Below, in pieces: positions 9,979 through 18,209 of a DNA stretch of 64,000 nucleotides. A model generated the notes under the pieces. It had not been told where the DNA came from and ran no database searches. It saw nothing but the letters and a program-made list of their open reading frames with translations. The stretch comes from Candidatus Limivicinus sp. (GTDB lineage Bacteria > Bacillota > Clostridia > Oscillospirales > Oscillospiraceae): contig JAZNUQ010000073.1 of NCBI GenBank assembly GCA_045592365.1, positions 18,912 through 82,911 on the forward strand, given 5' to 3'. The position numbers and the translations under genes are program-made. How positions within the stretch are numbered: position 1 is the first letter of the stretch; each line of letters starts with the position of its first letter.

Positions 9979-10596
9979 TCAGAATTCCCTTTTTTTATAA
10001 AACCGCACCGACAGATACCAGCCCAGAGCATATATCACAATCGAAGCAAGGCACACGGCGCCCAGAGGCAGAGTGGGCTGTATCTGCAAATCCCCGCCTA
10101 GAAGCCTTGAGGCTATAAGGCTTGCAGCGCACACAATGCCTATCATCACATAATAGGCTATCCTGCCCTTTTCCACGCCGAGCCTGAACACAAATGGCAG
10201 GCAGGCTGTGGTGGATACCGTAAACACGATTATGATAAGCTGCGCCAGCACCGCAAGCGTCGAGAGGCTCTCACCTCTGTAACGCAGCATGACACCGTGG
10301 GAAAGGCAAATCACCAGCAGTATTGCCAGATGCAAAAGCAGACCTATAAGGTATTTTACCGACACAAGCTGCTCTCTTGTGTAGGGCAGCGTGCCGCAAT
10401 ACTGCTGCCAGCGGCTGCGCTCGTCATAGGCAAGGAGATTTACCGGTATTATGCCGCAGAGCATGCAGGGGTAAAACACAAAAAACAGGTTCTCCCTGTC
10501 CAGATGTGAAAACACCAGGAACACAAGAGAGATAAACAGATAGGCACGGCAGTGCTTTTTTACCATGTACCAGTCCTTTAACAGAAGCCCCTTCAT
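9979..10596 (-). CDS. ABC-2 type transporter permease
   Basis: 205 aa, 6 TM segments. 4-nt overlap with the upstream ABC ATPase, in a YtrA-type operon. Confidence 0.7.
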   Translation of the reverse strand: MKGLLLKDWYMVKKHCRAYLFISLVFLVFSHLDRENLFFVFYPCMLCGIIPVNLLAYDERSRWQQYCGTLPYTREQLVSVKYLIGLLLHLAILLVICLSHGVMLRYRGESLSTLAVLAQLIIIVFTVSTTACLPFVFRLGVEKGRIAYYVMIGIVCAASLIASRLLGGDLQIQPTLPLGAVCLASIVIYALGWYLSVRFYKKREF

Positions 10597-11438
10597 TTTT
10601 CCGCCTCCTTGACCATAAATACAAACAGCTCCTCAATGCTGACGGGGCTTGCCTCAATGTCAGCAGGCAGCGCCGCTCTCAGCACCAGCGCCTCAGCCCC
10701 GTAGGGGTTCAGCTTTTTGTGCAGCACGGCCTGGGCCGGTAGCTCCTTCAGCTTTTCCGCAGAGCAGTGGACAAGGCCGTAATCAGCAAGCAGCCTGTCC
10801 TTCTCCTCACACAGCAGCAGCTTTCCCCGGTGCAGAAAGGCCACATAGTCACAGAGCTTTTCAAGGTCGCTGACTATGTGGGAGGAGATGAGAATGGAGT
10901 GGCCCTCGTCCCGGGTAAAGTCCATGAACATTTCCAGCACCTGATCTCTCACCACCGGGTCAAGTCCGGAGGTGGCCTCGTCAAGTATAAGCAGCTTTGC
11001 CCCGTGGGACATGGCGACGGCAATGCCCAGCTTCATCTTCATGCCCCGGGAAAGCTCCCTGAACTGCTTGTTCTCCGGGACAGAGAGCTTTTGCAGCAGG
11101 CGGCTGTATTCCGCATCATTCCAGTTTTTGAAGCTGTGCTTCATAACACGCCCAAGCTGTCGCGCGTTCAGGCACTCGGGTATGCCCACCTCATCCGGTA
11201 CAATGCCGATGTCCTCCTTAAGAAGACGCATATCTCCGCCGTTTTCACGCCCCAGAATGCGAATGCTGCCCTCGTCCTTTTTTATCATATCAAGAATGAG
11301 CTTGACGGTGGTACTTTTGCCGGCGCCGTTTTCACCGATAAGTCCCATAATGCATCCGCTGGGCAGCGTCAGCTCCAGCCCCTCCAGCTTAAAGTCCGGG
11401 TAGCTCTTGGTAAGCTTTCTTATTTCAAGTGCGTTCAT
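10593..11438 (-). CDS. ABC transporter ATP-binding protein
   Basis: Walker A GENGAGKST, signature LSRGMKMK, Walker B LILDEATSGLD. Confidence 0.9.
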   Translation of the reverse strand: MNALEIRKLTKSYPDFKLEGLELTLPSGCIMGLIGENGAGKSTTVKLILDMIKKDEGSIRILGRENGGDMRLLKEDIGIVPDEVGIPECLNARQLGRVMKHSFKNWNDAEYSRLLQKLSVPENKQFRELSRGMKMKLGIAVAMSHGAKLLILDEATSGLDPVVRDQVLEMFMDFTRDEGHSILISSHIVSDLEKLCDYVAFLHRGKLLLCEEKDRLLADYGLVHCSAEKLKELPAQAVLHKKLNPYGAEALVLRAALPADIEASPVSIEELFVFMVKEAEK

Positions 11439-11812
11439 ATGTCCTCCTCCATGCAGAAATCGAGCATCGCCCGTATGTCCTCTTTTGTAAGGCGGCAGGA
11501 GGCTGAAAGCCTGACTATCTCCTCCATGTGCCGCTCAATTTTCTTGAGATTTTCCTCCCTCAGCAGCTCCACATTCTTCTCCGCCACATAGCAGCCCTTG
11601 CCCGGCAGGGTATATATAAAGCCCTCCTTCTCAAGCTCCTCATAGGCACGCTTTGTAGTAATGAAGCTGATGCGAAGATCCTTCGCCAAAGCACGAATAG
11701 AGGGCAGCATTTCGTGCTCCTTAAGCCCTCCGCCGATGATCTGGCTTTTTATCTGGGAATAAATCTGGTCGTATATGGGCGCTCCGCTTTTGTTGTCTAT
11801 CAATATCTGCAT
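11435..11812 (-). CDS. GntR family transcriptional regulator, YtrA subfamily
   Basis: 125 aa. GntR winged-helix pattern (PIYDQIYSQIKSQI..G.L....LPSIRALAKDLRISFITTKRAYEELE) with a short C-terminal domain. First gene of the operon with the ABC transporter. Confidence 0.9.
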   Translation of the reverse strand: MQILIDNKSGAPIYDQIYSQIKSQIIGGGLKEHEMLPSIRALAKDLRISFITTKRAYEELEKEGFIYTLPGKGCYVAEKNVELLREENLKKIERHMEEIVRLSASCRLTKEDIRAMLDFCMEEDI

Positions 11813-11822
11813 TTAATTGCTC

Positions 11823-11863
11823 CTGTTATAACTGTATATGCTCATTATATACAGTTATAACAG
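11823..11863. promoter_or_regulatory. perfect 16-bp inverted repeat operator (CTGTTATAACTGTATA-n9-TATACAGTTATAACAG)
   Basis: Arms 11823-11838 and 11848-11863 are exact reverse complements. The repeat overlaps the promoter of the YtrA-type operon. Confidence 0.8.
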
Positions 11864-11872
11864 CTGTGTCAA
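11844..11872 (-). promoter_or_regulatory. sigma-A type promoter of the ytrA-like operon
   Basis: On the minus strand: TTGACA (11872-11867), 17 nt spacer, TATAAT (11849-11844), about 30 nt upstream of the GntR start. Confidence 0.8.
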
Positions 11873-11878
11873 GTAATA

Positions 11879-11907
11879 AGACCGCGGTGCATAACCGCGG
11901 TCTTTTG
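11879..11907. terminator. orphan GC hairpin (AAGACCGCGGT-gcata-ACCGCGGTCTTTT)
   Basis: 11-bp perfect stem with a T-run on the plus strand. No plus-strand gene lies upstream, so it may instead insulate the ytrA promoter from upstream minus-strand transcription. Confidence 0.5.
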
Positions 11908-11992
11908 CTCTGTAATAATGTTCGCCGCATTTGAAGAAGGCAAGCCAAAGTGCTGCAATGGTCACTTCCCGATTCTATTATACTTATAGTCA

Positions 11993-12126
11993 TTACTTTA
12001 TGTAAACTATGTTATGTATATTGTTTTATGTAATGCTTGAAATTGTGTATCTCCTGTTATACAATAAATTTTATTCCAATATTAATAATTTATGTTATCA
12101 GTTTTATGTCTACTATTTTATGTAAC
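11993..12126. repeat. two triplets of 14-nt phased TTTATGT repeats in an AT-rich intergenic region
   Basis: TATGT cores at 11999, 12013, 12027 and at 12091, 12105, 12119, exactly 14 nt apart within each triplet. The triplets are 64 nt apart. Confidence 0.8.
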
Positions 12127-12201
12127 TTTATCGCTGTACGTGAGACTTGAGCAAAGGCCGCCCAATCCGTTTTCTTTTGACAGCAATATTTTTTCAGAAT
12201 T

Positions 12202-12231
12202 AAACCGCCATCCCCTCGGGGATGGCGGTTT
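12202..12231 (-). terminator. hairpin downstream of galM
   Basis: AAACCGCCATCCCC/GGGGATGGCGGTTT stem immediately after the galM stop. The U-tract is weak. Confidence 0.5.
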
Positions 12232-12242
12232 ACATAATCTAA

Positions 12243-13280
12243 TTATATCAATTCAAATTTAAATACCGTTTCGCTGTGGAGCTTTTCCCCCGCCTTAAGC
12301 ACGGGAGATGCAAAGTCCGGGCAGTTAATGGCATTGGGGAAATACTGTGTCTCAAGGCAGAGGGCGGAATACTTACCCATCCGGCTGCCGTTTTTACCCT
12401 CCCGGTCGGTAAGGAAATTGGAGGTATAAAGCTGCACGCCGGGAAGGTCGGTGCTGACTGTCATGGCGATGCCGCTTTCCGGGCTTACAAGCCTCGCCGC
12501 TTCCCCTGAGGACAGCACGAAATTATGGTCATAGCCGCCGAAAAGACGGGTCTGGGGATGATCCTCCCCTATGTGCTTGCCCACAGGCTTTGCCTCGCGG
12601 AAGTCAAATACCTCATCAACGGGCAGTATTTTGCCGGTAGGCAGACAGCCGCCGTCATTTTCCAGATAGGCGTCGGCGTTTATCTTAAGCAGATGTGAAA
12701 GAATGTTCCCCTCCCCCGCCAGATTGAAATAGCTGTGATTTGTAAGGCTCACAGGGCAGTCCTTGTCGGTCCCGGCCTCGTAGACTATACTCAGAGCATT
12801 GTCATCGCTGAGGCTGAAGCTGACCAGAACACTGAGATTGCCCGGGTATCCCTCCTCCCCATCCGGTGACAGGTAGGAGAATACCAGCCTCTCGGCGGCG
12901 TCCGTATCAGACTTTTCCACGCCCCTGCAGCTCCATATCCGTCTGTCAAAGCCGGTTTTTCCGCCATGGAGATGGTTTTCCCCATCGTTTATGTACAGGG
13001 AATATTCCCTGTCATTGAGGGTGAATTTGCCACGACCGATACGGTTTCCCACTCTGCCTATGGTAGCTCCCACATAGCCGTCGCCGTTTTCATAGCCGGA
13101 AACATTGTCGTAGCCCAGCACCACATCGGTGAGACGGCCATTTCTGTCCGGCAGCTTCAGCGCCTGTATGGTGGCCCCGTAATCAATTACGGTAAGCTCC
13201 GCGCCTGCGGAGTTAAACAGGGTATATGCCTTTATTTCCCTACCCTGTGCGGTATGGCCGAATAAACTGACTTTTACCAT
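12243..13280 (-). CDS. galM: aldose 1-epimerase (galactose mutarotase)
   Basis: ORF 12243..13313. GalM family pattern (GRVGNRI, HLHGG, NHSYFNL). Start set at ATG 13280, preceded by AGGGGAG; the longer start would overlap the upstream gene. Confidence 0.85.
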   Translation of the reverse strand: MVKVSLFGHTAQGREIKAYTLFNSAGAELTVIDYGATIQALKLPDRNGRLTDVVLGYDNVSGYENGDGYVGATIGRVGNRIGRGKFTLNDREYSLYINDGENHLHGGKTGFDRRIWSCRGVEKSDTDAAERLVFSYLSPDGEEGYPGNLSVLVSFSLSDDNALSIVYEAGTDKDCPVSLTNHSYFNLAGEGNILSHLLKINADAYLENDGGCLPTGKILPVDEVFDFREAKPVGKHIGEDHPQTRLFGGYDHNFVLSSGEAARLVSPESGIAMTVSTDLPGVQLYTSNFLTDREGKNGSRMGKYSALCLETQYFPNAINCPDFASPVLKAGEKLHSETVFKFELI

Positions 13281-13302
13281 GTGATGCTTCTCCCCTCTGT
13301 CT

Positions 13303-14268
13303 TTAAATTCCATTTACAACATTTCTGGGCGTTCCGGCCAGAAATGCCTTAATATTTGCCTCGCTGCAGTCCATTATGCGCTGTCTGCTCTCTTTGGGCG
13401 CCCAGCTTATATGGGGGGTTATCAGACAGTTTTTGGCGCTGAGCAGCGGGTTATCGTCACAAACCGGCTCGTCTGTCATAACATCCAGCCCTGCGGCGTA
13501 GACCTTGCCGCTGTTGAGAGCGTCGGCCAGATCCTGCTCAACTATGAGCTTGCCGCGGCTGTTATTGATGATAATAACGCCGTCCTTCATTTTTGCAATG
13601 CTGTCCTTATTTATCATGCCGGTGTTTTCCGGAAACAGCGGGCAGTGCAGGGATATAACATCCGACCTGCGGTAAAGCTCATCCAGCTCCACATAATCGG
13701 CAATCAGCGCGCCGCTTTCGCTGCGGCTGCGGTTATATGCGATAACATTCATACCGAGAGCCCGGGCAATTTTGCCTACGGCCTGTCCGATACGGCCAAA
13801 GCCTATTATGCCCATGGTCTTGCCGTCCAGCTCTATAAGGGGATAGTCCCAGAAGCACCAGTCACCCGCTCTCTGCCAGCGTCCCTTTTTCACCTCATCC
13901 GAGTGATGACCCACATGACCGCATATCTCCAGCAGCAGCGCTATGGCATACTGGGCAACGGAGGCAGTGCCGTAGGCCGGCACATTGGAAACGGGTATGC
14001 CCTTTTGGGCTGCGTACTTGTAGTCGATGGGGTCATAGCCTGTTGCCTGCACGGTAATGTAGCGGATATTGGGGCAGGCGTCGATAACGGCTCTGCTGAC
14101 TCTCGACTTGTTTGCAACAACTATCTCCGCATCTCCGATGCGGCGGATGACCTCCTGCTCGTCATCGGTGGAGTGGTCGAAAACCTTCAGCTCACCCAAA
14201 GCCTCAAGCTGAGCCCAGCTCAGATCGCCGGGGTTTTCTGTATAGCCGTCTATAACACAAATCTTCAT
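13303..14268 (-). CDS. D-isomer specific 2-hydroxyacid dehydrogenase (glycerate/hydroxypyruvate reductase-like)
   Basis: NAD-binding GIIGFGRIGQAVG, and a catalytic region with NNSRG and ITPHISW. Confidence 0.85.
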   Translation of the reverse strand: MKICVIDGYTENPGDLSWAQLEALGELKVFDHSTDDEQEVIRRIGDAEIVVANKSRVSRAVIDACPNIRYITVQATGYDPIDYKYAAQKGIPVSNVPAYGTASVAQYAIALLLEICGHVGHHSDEVKKGRWQRAGDWCFWDYPLIELDGKTMGIIGFGRIGQAVGKIARALGMNVIAYNRSRSESGALIADYVELDELYRRSDVISLHCPLFPENTGMINKDSIAKMKDGVIIINNSRGKLIVEQDLADALNSGKVYAAGLDVMTDEPVCDDNPLLSAKNCLITPHISWAPKESRQRIMDCSEANIKAFLAGTPRNVVNGI

Positions 14269-14288
14269 ATATTAGCTCCCTCTGCAAT

Positions 14289-15566
14289 TCAGTTCAAAAG
14301 CGCGGCTGCGGCGCTGCCGGGCAGCGTAGTCTCATAGCCCACCTTCAGCACTGCATAGTGTCCGCAGATTTTGGCCGCGTATTCATCCAGAAAGGCCTCA
14401 AGCATGGGCTTATAGCAGCGGCTCTTCTGAACCAGTGAGCCCTCGGCACACACGCACACCGGCCTGTCCCTGTCCCTGCCCTCGCCGGTAAGCAGCATAA
14501 TGGCAAGAAGATTTGTGCACATACATCTGGCGGAGCGCTCAAACAGGGCGCGGCTCAGAGTCTGAACAAAGGCGCCGTCCTCAGCGTCATCGCTTATCTG
14601 GCTGAGCTTTTCGCCCATGGACCAGGCGTCTATGTAGGAGGAGTCAATTTTGCCAAGCTCCATGACGCTTTTGCTGCCCTCTGCGCTGAGAAGACCCTCT
14701 GCGGCGGCGGCACGGAGCATTATTCTGCACAGCTCGCCCAGGTACACTCCGGCGGTGAGCTTTTCAAAGAGCTTGGAGCCGGGAACATTACTCTGAGCGT
14801 CCAGCTCAAGGTCAAAATCGCCCCGCTCTATTCCGTCATAAAGGCCGGATTCCAGATTGACTATGGTGCCTGCATCCTCAGCTCTGCCCAGCTTTGTAAG
14901 GCGCTTCATGGGCAGGGAGCAGCAGGTATTGGTGCCGGTGCCGCTTACCTGACCTATAAAGCCGCCGTATTGGCTCTTGTCCAGAACTGCGGAGCCGCCG
15001 AGAAGCACCGCCACGGTGTCGTTGAGAATAACGACCCGCTTGCCGGTCTTTCCTCTGCGCTCAAGCTCCTTCACCAGAGAGGCGCCCACCAGCTTGCCCT
15101 TGCAGTCCTTTACCACCACTTCCTTGTCGATGCTGATAACCTTACCGTCAATGTCCGGGGTTATCTCGGCGGTGTAGGAAAAGCAGAAGCCGATTTTATC
15201 CGCGCGGTCTATAATGGGCATGATGCTGTCCGCCACGAAGCCTATGAACTCGTCCCAGCCCACCGGCTCCTTTATGCCGGGCATGGGGCTTCGCCAAAGC
15301 GCCTCCACCTTTGCCCCCTCCTGCGTGAAGGTGACCAGCGCACGGCGGAAATTGGTGCCGCCGGCGTCAATAACAATGGCGGGGGCGTCAAGAGGCACCA
15401 CGCCGTCATTGCTCAGGTAGGTCGCTATCATAGGCACCTGCTCACCGTGCTTTTCAAGGCCGCGCTGCAAGGATGCACACATCTTCACCGCCGCCTCCGC
15501 CGGGTTTGTGCGCCGGGGGCTCATGCCGTGTCTTTCCAGAAAATCCAATGCCTTTTTGCTTTCCAT
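14289..15566 (-). CDS. hexokinase family protein (eukaryotic-type hexokinase fold)
   Basis: IDAGGTNFR phosphate-1 motif, LNDTVAVLLG, and GTGTN, as in hexokinase_1/2 domains and unlike ROK glucokinases. Confidence 0.8.
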   Translation of the reverse strand: MESKKALDFLERHGMSPRRTNPAEAAVKMCASLQRGLEKHGEQVPMIATYLSNDGVVPLDAPAIVIDAGGTNFRRALVTFTQEGAKVEALWRSPMPGIKEPVGWDEFIGFVADSIMPIIDRADKIGFCFSYTAEITPDIDGKVISIDKEVVVKDCKGKLVGASLVKELERRGKTGKRVVILNDTVAVLLGGSAVLDKSQYGGFIGQVSGTGTNTCCSLPMKRLTKLGRAEDAGTIVNLESGLYDGIERGDFDLELDAQSNVPGSKLFEKLTAGVYLGELCRIMLRAAAAEGLLSAEGSKSVMELGKIDSSYIDAWSMGEKLSQISDDAEDGAFVQTLSRALFERSARCMCTNLLAIMLLTGEGRDRDRPVCVCAEGSLVQKSRCYKPMLEAFLDEYAAKICGHYAVLKVGYETTLPGSAAAALLN

Positions 15567-15601
15567 GTCAGTTCTCCCTGTTATTTCTCCCTGTCTAAAA
15601 C

Positions 15602-15628
15602 AATACCGGCAGTTTTGCTGCCGGTATT
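15602..15628 (-). terminator. intrinsic terminator after the SPFH gene
   Basis: AATACCGGCAG-ttttg-CTGCCGGTATT stem followed on the minus strand by GTTTTAG. Confidence 0.6.
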
Positions 15629-15645
15629 ATCCGATTGTTCCTGCT

Positions 15646-16542
15646 TTACTCTGCCTTGTCTTCCTTGACAGCTTCGATTATGCCGCTTGCAAGACCGGCC
15701 AGTCCCTGAATTTCGCTGGGAATGATTATCTTGGTGGCTCTGCCGTTGGAGGCTGCGGTAAATGCCTCAAGAGCCTTTATGCGGATGACAGCATCGGTGG
15801 GGCAGGCCTCGTTAATGAGCCTGATACCCTCTGCGGTAGCGCTCTGCACCTTCAGGATAGCCTCGGCTTCACCCTCGGCCTCCAGTATCTGCTGCTGCTT
15901 CTTTGCGTCGGCACGGAGAATGGCGGATTCCTTTTCGCCCTCTGCCTCAAGAATGGCGGCGCGCTTTTCACCCTCGGCGCGGAGGATGGCCTCACGGCGT
16001 TCACGCTCTGCCTTCATCTGCTTTTCCATTGCGTTCTGGATTTCCTTGGGGGGCAGAATGTTCTTGAGCTCAACGCGGTTGACCTTGATGCCCCAGGGGT
16101 CGGTGGCCTCGTCAAGAATAGCGCGCATCTTGGTATTGATTATGTCGCGGCTGGTAAGGCACTGGTCAAGCTCCAGATCGCCAATGATGTTACGCAGGGT
16201 GGTTGCAGCCAGATTTTCGATAGCGACGATGGGCTGCTCAATGCCGTAGGTGTAGAGCTTGGGGTCGGTTATCTGGAAGTAAATGACAGTGTCAATCTGC
16301 ATGGTGACATTGTCCTTGGTGATAACCGGCTGGGGCGGGAAGTCCGCCACCTGCTCCTTGAGGGAAACTATCTTTGCAACTCTCTCAAGGAAGGGCACCT
16401 TGATGTGGATACCCACATCCCAGGTCATTCTGTATGCGCCCAGACGCTCAAGCACATATGCCTTTGCCTGAGGCACGATACGGATGTTGCGGATAAGGAT
16501 TAAGATGATGAGAAGAATAAATACTATCAGAACTATTTCCAT
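15646..16542 (-). CDS. SPFH/Band 7 (stomatin-like) domain protein
   Basis: N-terminal TM helix and an SPFH core (IVPQAKAYVLERLGAY...TKDNV...D). Charged coiled-coil tail rich in AEGE/AIL repeats. Confidence 0.9.
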   Translation of the reverse strand: MEIVLIVFILLIILILIRNIRIVPQAKAYVLERLGAYRMTWDVGIHIKVPFLERVAKIVSLKEQVADFPPQPVITKDNVTMQIDTVIYFQITDPKLYTYGIEQPIVAIENLAATTLRNIIGDLELDQCLTSRDIINTKMRAILDEATDPWGIKVNRVELKNILPPKEIQNAMEKQMKAERERREAILRAEGEKRAAILEAEGEKESAILRADAKKQQQILEAEGEAEAILKVQSATAEGIRLINEACPTDAVIRIKALEAFTAASNGRATKIIIPSEIQGLAGLASGIIEAVKEDKAE

Positions 16543-16559
16543 TATATTTCCTCCTTTGA

Positions 16560-17000
16560 TTATTCGGCCAATTCAACTATGAGCTTCACGCCCTCTATTC
16601 TAAGCGCCTTTACGGTGCTTCCTGCGGGGATTATAACATCCTCATCGTGGCTTCGTGCTGTCCACACCTTGCCGGCAACGGACACGGCGCCTGCCGCCAT
16701 GAGATTGTTTATCTCCTCCGTAACAACACATTCCCTGCCTATTACCATATCTGCATTGGTAGGCTGGACCTTGCTGTTTACATACTTCTTTGCCAAAGGT
16801 CTTGTGAGGCAAAGGCTGAGTATGGACAGAACCAGAAACCACACTATCTGCAGCCACAAAGGCGCATGCAGCATGGCGGACACAAAAGCGCCCAGTGCTC
16901 CAAACGCAAACCAAATAGACACCAGACCCGGCACAAGAGCCTCGACCACAAGCAGTGCCACCATGGCTATAAGCCAGAAAGCGGCCATACTCTCAAACAT
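16560..17000 (-). CDS. NfeD family membrane protein
   Basis: 146 aa, three N-terminal TM helices plus a C-terminal OB-like soluble domain. Sits immediately upstream of the SPFH gene, the classic NfeD-SPFH operon. Confidence 0.85.
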   Translation of the reverse strand: MFESMAAFWLIAMVALLVVEALVPGLVSIWFAFGALGAFVSAMLHAPLWLQIVWFLVLSILSLCLTRPLAKKYVNSKVQPTNADMVIGRECVVTEEINNLMAAGAVSVAGKVWTARSHDEDVIIPAGSTVKALRIEGVKLIVELAE

Positions 17001-17187
17001 AAATTGCCTCCCTTCCGCCGCGTTAACGCAGCATGTCTTCCTTTACATTATATATTGTGCCGCCCCAATTATCAATACCCGCAGCACCCGGCAAATTGTG
17101 AAATTTTTTCTTCTGGCAGTTTTACGCTTTACTTTTTTAAAACGGTGATGTAAGATATAGAAAAACAATTCCCACACGGAGGTAATT

Positions 17188-17481
17188 ATGAACAAGCTGC
17201 CCAAGAAGCCCCGCAACGAGAACATGTACAAGGCCATACTGACCCTGAAGAATGTTGAGGAATGCATGAGCTTTTTTGATGATCTCTGCACCGTTACCGA
17301 GCTTATGGCAATGGAACAGCGCTTTCAGGTTGCATGCTGCCTCAACAAGGGCATGATCTACAACGACATTCTGGCGGAGACCGGCGCCTCCAGCGCCACC
17401 ATCAGCCGCGTCAACCGCTCCCTTCAGTACGGTAACGACGGCTATGCCACGGTTTTCGCCCGCATGGAGGATAAGAAGTGA
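17188..17481 (+). CDS. YerC/YecD family TrpR-like protein
   Basis: 97 aa. LCTVTELMAMEQRFQVA and TGASSATISRVNRSLQYG motifs characteristic of YerC/YecD. Confidence 0.85.
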   Translation: MNKLPKKPRNENMYKAILTLKNVEECMSFFDDLCTVTELMAMEQRFQVACCLNKGMIYNDILAETGASSATISRVNRSLQYGNDGYATVFARMEDKK

Positions 17482-18209
17482 GCTGCTACGGCCCTCTGGC
17501 CGCATGGTATGATCAGCTTACGGGGGATGTGCCCTACAAAGAATTTGCAGACTATTACGAGGCGGAATTTGCCCGCGACGGCGGTCAGTTCCGCCTTCTG
17601 CTGGATTTTTGCTGCGGCACGGGCACACTTACCTGTATGCTTTCTCAGCGCGGCTACGAAATGATAGGGGTGGACGCCTCGGTGGATATGCTGATGCAGG
17701 CAAGGGAAAAGGCCGCCGAGCAGGGACAGAGCATTCTCTTTCTCTGTCAGGACGCATCGGAGCTTGACCTGTACGGCACGGTGGACGCTGCCGTTTGCTC
17801 TCTTGACGGCATGAACTATCTGCCCGGTGATGTGCTGCCGGAGCTATTTGACAGGCTGCGGCTCTTTGTGCGTCCCGGCGGGCTGGTGATATTCGATATA
17901 CGCCCGGCTGAGTGGCTTCGCGCTCTGGACGGGGAGATTTTTGTTGACGAAAACGAGGATGTTTTCTGTATATGGCGCTCCGACTTTGACGAGGAGGAGG
18001 GCGCCGTGATATACGGGATGGATATTTTCAACCGCAAGGGCAGGCTGTGGCAGCGCAGCAGTGAGGAGCATCTGGAATACGCCCACAGTGAGGAATATCT
18101 GCGCACCGTGATGGAAAAATCCGGCTTTGGAGATATTCGCTTTACGGCCGACTGCCCTCAGGGCAACATGGGCCGTGTATTTGTTACGGCAAAAAGAAAG
18201 GACATTTGA
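17478..18209 (+). CDS. class I SAM-dependent methyltransferase
   Basis: SAM motif I LLDFCCGTGTLT. 4-nt overlaps with both neighbouring genes. Confidence 0.8.
   Translation: MSCYGPLAAWYDQLTGDVPYKEFADYYEAEFARDGGQFRLLLDFCCGTGTLTCMLSQRGYEMIGVDASVDMLMQAREKAAEQGQSILFLCQDASELDLYGTVDAAVCSLDGMNYLPGDVLPELFDRLRLFVRPGGLVIFDIRPAEWLRALDGEIFVDENEDVFCIWRSDFDEEEGAVIYGMDIFNRKGRLWQRSSEEHLEYAHSEEYLRTVMEKSGFGDIRFTADCPQGNMGRVFVTAKRKDI

Noticed and set aside
11993-12126. Possible CRISPR-like array in the AT-rich repeat region
   Set aside because: The repeat units are only 14 nt, directly abutting and degenerate. There are no unique spacers of 25-40 nt, and no cas genes or leader. It is not a CRISPR array, and is kept as an uncharacterised repeat instead.
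15508-16503. 331-aa plus-strand ORF overlapping the SPFH gene (and 18158..18886 on the minus strand, overlapping hslO)
   Set aside because: They are antisense to genes with clear family signatures and operon partners (NfeD, and the Hsp33 zinc centre). The translations are low-complexity.
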